Shown here: piece by piece, positions 8,046 to 12,327 of the stretch
Numbering within the stretch: the first letter of the stretch is position 1
Layout of the letters: every line of letters begins with the position of its first letter
Assembly (NCBI GenBank): GCA_048885525.1
Contig: JBHLLP010000069.1
Span: 1 to 12,327 of the forward strand
Direction: 5' to 3'
From: Candidatus Hermodarchaeota archaeon
Lineage (GTDB): Archaea; Asgardarchaeota; Lokiarchaeia; Sigyniarchaeales; SOKP01
DNA: 12,327 nucleotides
Notes under the pieces: model-generated
The model's input: the letters and a program-made list of their open reading frames with translations, nothing else
What the model was told of the DNA's origin: nothing
Databases searched by the model: none
Translations under genes and position numbers: made by a program

Positions 8046-8942
8046 TCAGCCATTTGACTTTAATTCGTCCCAAAATTTCTTTTTTAATCGACCTAACTTT
8101 TTATCTTTTAGCTTAACAAAATATAAAGCTCTTTTAGCAATAACAGGATAATTTTTAATTTTTAAGGATTTAATCAAACCTGCTGATTCTGCTTTTTCAA
8201 CTATTAGCTCACTCATAATACTTATATAATTAGATTCACTAACGGTGGAAATAATTGAGTCATTATCATTAAATTCTAATTCAATATCTAACTTTTTATA
8301 ATCTGGAAATTGCTTTTTAAACGTATTCCTCATTCCAGAACCCTTTTCTCTCCATACAAAAGGATATTTGATTAAGTTATCAAAATTAATTGAGTCTCCA
8401 TCTTTAAGTAATTCATGATTAGGAGAACATATGAATTTAAATTCTTCTTCTCCAATTTTGAGAAAATCAAAATCTTCTTCATTATAACCCATAAAACTGC
8501 CAATACCCGCAAAATCAACCTTTCCATTTCTTAAGTTTTCAATAGATCTCTGAGAATTATTAATTAATATTTTAAAATTCACAGTTGGATTTTTATTTCT
8601 AAAATCTGCAATATATCGTGGTAAAATATGAGAACCCGGAATAGTTGATGCGGAGATAATAATATTTTCTTCTATACTATTATTGAATTTTGATATTTCT
8701 ATTTTACAACTATCATACAAATCAATTATCTGTTGTGCACTTTTAAGTAAAAGTTTTCCAGATTTTGTTATTTCAAATTTCTTTGTGGTCCTATCAATTA
8801 GCACTATTCCACCAAAATCTTTTTCTAATTGAAAAATTTGATGAGATAAAGTACTCTGTGAGATAGAAAGATCATTTGCTAATTTTGAGAAACTTTTATA
8901 TTGAGTTAATTTAATAAAGTTCCTTAGGTATTCAATATTCAT
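8046..8942 (-). CDS. LysR-family transcriptional regulator, CysL/YeiE-like (resembles selenium-metabolism-associated LysRs)
   Basis: N-terminal wHTH (MNIEYLRNF...SFSKLANDLSISQSTLSHQIFQLEKDFG..LIDRT..FEITKSG); effector domain with ASTIPGSHILP and REKGSGMR, typical of the CysL-like subgroup; 298 aa. Confidence 0.92.
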   Translation of the reverse strand: MNIEYLRNFIKLTQYKSFSKLANDLSISQSTLSHQIFQLEKDFGGIVLIDRTTKKFEITKSGKLLLKSAQQIIDLYDSCKIEISKFNNSIEENIIISASTIPGSHILPRYIADFRNKNPTVNFKILINNSQRSIENLRNGKVDFAGIGSFMGYNEEDFDFLKIGEEEFKFICSPNHELLKDGDSINFDNLIKYPFVWREKGSGMRNTFKKQFPDYKKLDIELEFNDNDSIISTVSESNYISIMSELIVEKAESAGLIKSLKIKNYPVIAKRALYFVKLKDKKLGRLKKKFWDELKSNG

Positions 8943-8997
8943 AATTTAAATGGGTTTGAAATGTCTGATATTCTATTTAAAATATAAGACAATACAT

Positions 8998-9026
8998 CTA
9001 TTATTATTTATCGATATTTTTAATAG
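8998..9026. promoter_or_regulatory. Imperfect dyad (CTATTA...TATCGATA...TAATAG), candidate LysR recognition site
   Basis: Outer arms 8998-9003 / 9021-9026 and a central palindrome at 9009-9016; contains T-N11-A spacings; lies in the divergent intergenic region. Confidence 0.3.
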
Positions 9027-9090
9027 GATCTTACGAAAAAATTAATAAATTATTATTTTTTTTTTCAATTACAATCAAAGAACATATTTT

Positions 9091-9102
9091 ATACTTAAGT
9101 AT
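9091..9102. promoter_or_regulatory. Perfect 12-bp palindrome ATACTTAAGTAT overlapping a TATA-like TTTTATA (9087-9093)
   Basis: Read directly; ends 18 nt upstream of the DsrE-family ATG. Confidence 0.35.
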
Positions 9103-9120
9103 TATCTAGAGAAATTAAAA

Positions 9121-9480
9121 ATGGCTGAGAAAAAGAAAATTTTTACGATTGTTATTGGGGATGGTCCGTATACTAAGGAACGTCCTTTTACTATGTTAAG
9201 ATTTGCCTATACTGCATTATTAGAAGAACATAAGGTAAACATATTTTTAGTTGAGGAAGGTATTTTTGTAGGAAAAAAGAATCAAGATCCAACCACATAT
9301 GATAATATTGGAAAATGGATGATGGATGTAATTTCTGAAGGAGCAAACGTTAAAGCTTGTGGAGTATGTATGAAAGCACGCGGATTATCTGAAGATGAAT
9401 TAATAGATGGAATTGAAAAAACAACTATGAATACATTTGTTGATATGTGCGTAGAAGCAGACAATGTTCTTTTCAGTTAA
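9121..9480 (+). CDS. DsrE/TusD/YchN-family sulfur-relay protein
   Basis: 119 aa; GDGPY..ER, FLVEEGIF and ACGVCMKARGL (CxxC-xx-RG) motifs; terminal ADNVLF. Confidence 0.9.
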   Translation: MAEKKKIFTIVIGDGPYTKERPFTMLRFAYTALLEEHKVNIFLVEEGIFVGKKNQDPTTYDNIGKWMMDVISEGANVKACGVCMKARGLSEDELIDGIEKTTMNTFVDMCVEADNVLFS

Positions 9481-9500
9481 AAAAAATAAGAAGGTCTAAA

Positions 9501-9731
9501 ATGATGTTAAATTCAAGAAAATTAGATTGTTCAGGGCTTGTTTGTCCACTGCCAGTTGCTAAGACCAAGAGACAACTACTTGAGATGAAAAGTGGAGAAA
9601 TTCTTGAAGTTTCTGGTGATTACGCAGAAGCAGGAGAGAATATTAAACGATATATAGATAGAATTGAAGATAAAGTCTTAGAATTCAAGATTGAAAGAGA
9701 AAATTTTTATCTAAAAATCCAAAAAGCTTAA
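9501..9731 (+). CDS. TusA/SirA-family sulfur carrier protein
   Basis: LDCSGLVCPLP (CPxP), MKSGEILEV..D motif; 76 aa from ATG 9501 (or 9504) with SD-like AAGGT upstream. The ORF-track start at 9447 overlaps the DsrE gene and is unlikely. Confidence 0.92.
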   Translation: MMLNSRKLDCSGLVCPLPVAKTKRQLLEMKSGEILEVSGDYAEAGENIKRYIDRIEDKVLEFKIERENFYLKIQKA

Positions 9732-9737
9732 TATATA

Positions 9738-9753
9738 TTTTTTTGTTTTTTTT
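9738..9753 (+). terminator. Oligo-T terminator candidate for the DsrE-TusA operon
   Basis: T7-G-T8 immediately after the stop at 9731. Confidence 0.5.
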
Positions 9754-10637
9754 CATATAATTGCGTCAAATAACCACATTTGTTCATATTTTTCAGTTAA
9801 ATCATGTGCTAAAACTGGATCTAAAACATTTAAACATGCAAAAATTTGCCACGGTTTAATAGGATTTTGAAGTTTTATTAGTACCCTATTATTATCAAAT
9901 ATGTCATAAAATGTAGGAACTCTCTTCTGCATAAATTTCATTTCAAATTCATGCATTTTTGAAGATAAGTTGAATAAATCTTTAAGTTTCTTTGATAATC
10001 TTTTGAAGAGTATTTCATTCCTCGCTTTTTGTTCTTTTGATAATGGTCTTTCATCAAATTCGAAGCTCCATAAATACTTTACTTGAATACCTCGATTTAA
10101 AGCAACAAGAATGCCTTTATAAAACTGTTTAGCTAGTGGAAGAATCTTTAAAGTATTTTCATTTAAAAAACCCGTCATCAATAAACTTTCTTTTAAAGCA
10201 TTAAATCTTTTTATATATAATTCAAAAATAGAGCGCCATCCATATGCTGTTGACCAAAAAATTTTTGAAGATTCTGATTTAATAGAATAACTTAAATTAT
10301 TAATTTTTGATTCCAATTGCTTAGCATGGTCAATCAGAAATGAAACTTTTCGTTCCTGATTGTTCTTTAAATGTGAAATAATATTATGAGAGGCTTCATT
10401 AAAAGCTATTGCTTTGTAGATCTTAGGTCTTGAATCTTGGATTTCAATCATTCCTTTCTTATTTAGAACCTCTAAAATTTCATAAATTCTACCTGAGGGT
10501 ACATTTGATTTATCACTAAGTTCCCTTGCCGTTAATGTACTTGATTTTAAGAGAGTAATATATGCATTAATCTCATAATTGGAGAGACTAGCACTTTTTA
10601 AAAATTCCTCTAATTCCTGTATAATTTCGTTAATCAC
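9753..10637 (-). CDS. TrmB-family transcriptional regulator
   Basis: LSNYEINAYITLL..TARELSDKSNVPSGRIYEILEVL.KKGMIE...SRPKIYKA is the TrmB wHTH, followed by a coiled helix and a PLD-like effector domain (ALNRGIQVKYL, DIFDNNRVLI). GTG start with SD GAGGA. Confidence 0.92.
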   Translation of the reverse strand: MINEIIQELEEFLKSASLSNYEINAYITLLKSSTLTARELSDKSNVPSGRIYEILEVLNKKGMIEIQDSRPKIYKAIAFNEASHNIISHLKNNQERKVSFLIDHAKQLESKINNLSYSIKSESSKIFWSTAYGWRSIFELYIKRFNALKESLLMTGFLNENTLKILPLAKQFYKGILVALNRGIQVKYLWSFEFDERPLSKEQKARNEILFKRLSKKLKDLFNLSSKMHEFEMKFMQKRVPTFYDIFDNNRVLIKLQNPIKPWQIFACLNVLDPVLAHDLTEKYEQMWLFDAII

Positions 10638-10656
10638 AATTTATCCTCAAATAATA

Positions 10657-10675
10657 ACAACTTAAAAAAGGTTGT
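10657..10675. promoter_or_regulatory. Putative TrmB operator 1: ACAAC-TTAAAAAAG-GTTGT
   Basis: Inverted repeat CAAC-N9-GTTG, 20-38 nt upstream of the TrmB-family start; repeated at 10729. Confidence 0.6.
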
Positions 10676-10728
10676 CTTATATTATTATATTTTTAATAAG
10701 AATATAATATTTTAGGTTTTATTATTTT

Positions 10729-10745
10729 CAACTAAAAATTAGTTG
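10729..10745. promoter_or_regulatory. Putative TrmB operator 2: CAACTAA-AAA-TTAGTTG
   Basis: Perfect 7-bp inverted repeat with the same CAAC-N9-GTTG geometry as 10658-10674; 47-63 nt upstream of ATG 10792. Confidence 0.62.
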
Positions 10746-10791
10746 TAATTGATCGAAAAACAATAAAAGTTAAAATATTTTTATATTTTTT

Positions 10792-11286
10792 ATGGAAATA
10801 GAAGATTTAAAAGAGCTTTTAATTAAGTGTTGGATGACTCATGATGGTATGTGGTTCTACCATTGCTTAAAAGAATGTGGTATGGCGAAGACTAACAAAA
10901 TAAATAGAGCTGCTGTAAAAGCTTTAGCTAATATAGAGATTAAAAGGATCCAAAAACTGTATAACATAAAAAAAATTAATACTTTTAATGACCTAAAATT
11001 TCTTTTTGATACAGCATTAAATATATTTAAAGCAGAATTTATGGTTTTAACTTTTAATTTTCCGAAAATGAACCACCTTCAATGTGAAATGCATAAATGT
11101 TGGGCATATGATGGTATAAATCGAATTGGAGTAATTGAACAATACGAATGTGGAATTTTTGATAGGATTGAAGGATGGTTTGAAACTTTGGGTATCAAAT
11201 ACGATGCTGATCCAATTATAGAAGGTTGTTTGATGCATACTAAAGGCAGATGTTTTAGAGACTTCACATTTTATTTTGAGAAATGA
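10792..11286 (+). CDS. DUF6125-like protein (probable V4R/ATC-hydrolase-related fold), copy 1
   Basis: 164 aa; WMTHDGMWF signature, A.KINR.A...LA.IE.KR helix, C-terminal Cys pattern (KCWAY...YEC...W...GC....GRC...F). Confidence 0.78.
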   Translation: MEIEDLKELLIKCWMTHDGMWFYHCLKECGMAKTNKINRAAVKALANIEIKRIQKLYNIKKINTFNDLKFLFDTALNIFKAEFMVLTFNFPKMNHLQCEMHKCWAYDGINRIGVIEQYECGIFDRIEGWFETLGIKYDADPIIEGCLMHTKGRCFRDFTFYFEK

Positions 11287-11310
11287 GTTAATAATATTAT
11301 AGTGATTTAG

Positions 11311-11835
11311 ATGAAAACCATGGAATTAATGGTAAAGGATAAATACTCTATCCCATTAGAGACTCAAAAGTTCATCCTACAAATGTGTTGGGCTCAGCAT
11401 GATGGACAATGGTTTCTAAAGTCAAAGAAAAAGCATGGTATAAATGAAGCTAATCAGTTAAACCAAATGGTGGTCTTTTCAATGGGTAAAATCGAAGCTA
11501 GACATATTTTAAATGCTCTAGGTATCAAAAAAGGAACTGTTAATACTATTTCTGAACTTTTTAAAATAATTAATACCTTTATGGAAGTTATTATTCCCAA
11601 AGTTATGAAATTCAAATTTTTTGTATATTCTGAAACCGAAGGAATTGCTTTGGTCGAAAAGTGCTTCATTTGGAAGGAGGTACAAAAATCTAAGGAAAGT
11701 TCAGAATATAAATGCGCCTGTAATTTCAGACATAAAGGTTGGTTAGAAGCTATGGGCGTGAAAGGAGAAATAATACCTTTAAAGCGGATTTCTTGTGGAG
11801 ATGAAATATGTGAATTCAAATTCATCATTATATAA
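11311..11835 (+). CDS. DUF6125-like protein, copy 2 (diverged paralogue)
   Basis: 174 aa; WAQHDGQWF, A..LNQ.V...MG.IE.R, KCFIW...YKC...GW...CGDEICEFKF, colinear with copy 1. The start could be 11311, 11320 or 11329. Confidence 0.78.
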   Translation: MKTMELMVKDKYSIPLETQKFILQMCWAQHDGQWFLKSKKKHGINEANQLNQMVVFSMGKIEARHILNALGIKKGTVNTISELFKIINTFMEVIIPKVMKFKFFVYSETEGIALVEKCFIWKEVQKSKESSEYKCACNFRHKGWLEAMGVKGEIIPLKRISCGDEICEFKFIII

Positions 11836-12327
11836 CAAAGAATCAGCAATAAATCATGTAAAATCACTAGCTTTTGGGAGAAAAGCAGGAACTGAAGGAG
11901 AAATAAGAACTATCAAGTATATTAGAAATAATTTAAAACAAGAAGGTATAAAATTTGAGATAGAACCGTTTTTATGGTTCTCGATTTGGCATACCTTAAG
12001 GATATACTCCATCTGTATTACTTCTCTAATTTTTGCCGATAGTTTAATTAGTTTTTTTATAGTTAGATTTTGGCTATTCAAATTAATAGTATTAATCATT
12101 ATATTCTTTTTTATAAAGCAATTTGTAGTATCGGATATAAGTTTAAATTTGTATACATTTAATTTATATAAAAGACAAACCCATTCAAAACAATCGATTT
12201 CACAAAATATTCTTACAACTGTTATAGCTAAACAAGATCGTAGAAAAAGACCCGTTGTTATTTTTTCTGCTCATTATGATTCTCTTTCTGTTAATTATAG
12301 TAGAAGATTTTTAATAATTTCTAGTGT
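11801..12327 (+). CDS. M28-family (M20/M28 clan) zinc peptidase with internal TM segments; runs off the right edge
   Basis: Manual translation: MKYVNSNSSLYNKESAINHVKSLAFGRKAGTEGEIRTIKYIRNNL...hydrophobic segment...SQNILTTV...VVIFSAHYDS. R-x-x-G-T-x-G-E, SQN[IV] and AHYDS are M28 hallmarks. Start is ATG 11801 or GTG 11810 (GGAG at 11797-11800). Confidence 0.85.
   Translation, partial: MKYVNSNSSLYNKESAINHVKSLAFGRKAGTEGEIRTIKYIRNNLKQEGIKFEIEPFLWFSIWHTLRIYSICITSLIFADSLISFFIVRFWLFKLIVLIIIFFFIKQFVVSDISLNLYTFNLYKRQTHSKQSISQNILTTVIAKQDRRKRPVVIFSAHYDSLSVNYSRRFLIISS

Noticed and set aside
9282-9500. Minus-strand ORF 9282-9464 and the 9447 start for the TusA-family gene
   Set aside because: The ORF is antisense to the DsrE gene; the TusA domain begins at 9501/9504 with its own SD-like sequence.
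9121-9760. Selenoprotein recoding or SECIS near the DsrE/TusA genes
   Set aside because: Active-site residues are Cys codons, both genes end in TAA, and the 3' region is a short T tract with no hairpin.
11047-12099. Minus-strand ORFs 11047-11238, 11079-11267, 11454-11867 and 11854-12099
   Set aside because: Antisense to the DUF6125-like genes and the M28 peptidase, which carry recognisable motifs.
1-12327. CRISPR array, IS element, integrase, tRNA or rRNA
   Set aside because: No regularly spaced repeats, terminal inverted repeats, transposase motifs or GC-rich structured non-coding segments seen; intergenic gaps are short and AT-rich.

Overview
AT-rich, gene-dense archaeal DNA, most likely from an Asgard archaeon (Lokiarchaeia/Promethearchaeia). 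This is inferred from a Loki-CTERM-like sorting tail, the beta-helix surface-protein type, a TrmB regulator, oligo-T terminators and TTG/GTG starts. Left to right: an MrfA/YprA/Hrq1-type DEAH helicase running off the left edge (missing from the ORF track); a secreted beta-helix surface protein; a 2-TM hypothetical protein; an FGGY sugar kinase; a membrane-anchored protein with a possible ubiquitin/SUMO-like N-terminus, acidic region, polyproline tract and polybasic loop; a CysL-like LysR regulator divergent from a DsrE + TusA sulfur-carrier pair; a TrmB regulator divergent from two tandem DUF6125-like genes and an overlapping membrane M28 peptidase running off the right edge (also missing from the ORF track). 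The best leads are (i) the polyproline membrane scaffold, (ii) a CAAC-N9-GTTG palindrome present twice in the TrmB divergent promoter with a near-copy upstream of the surface protein, and (iii) a possible two-regulator sulfur/selenium module. All family assignments come from motif recognition by eye, with no database search. I saw no RNA genes, CRISPR arrays or mobile elements.
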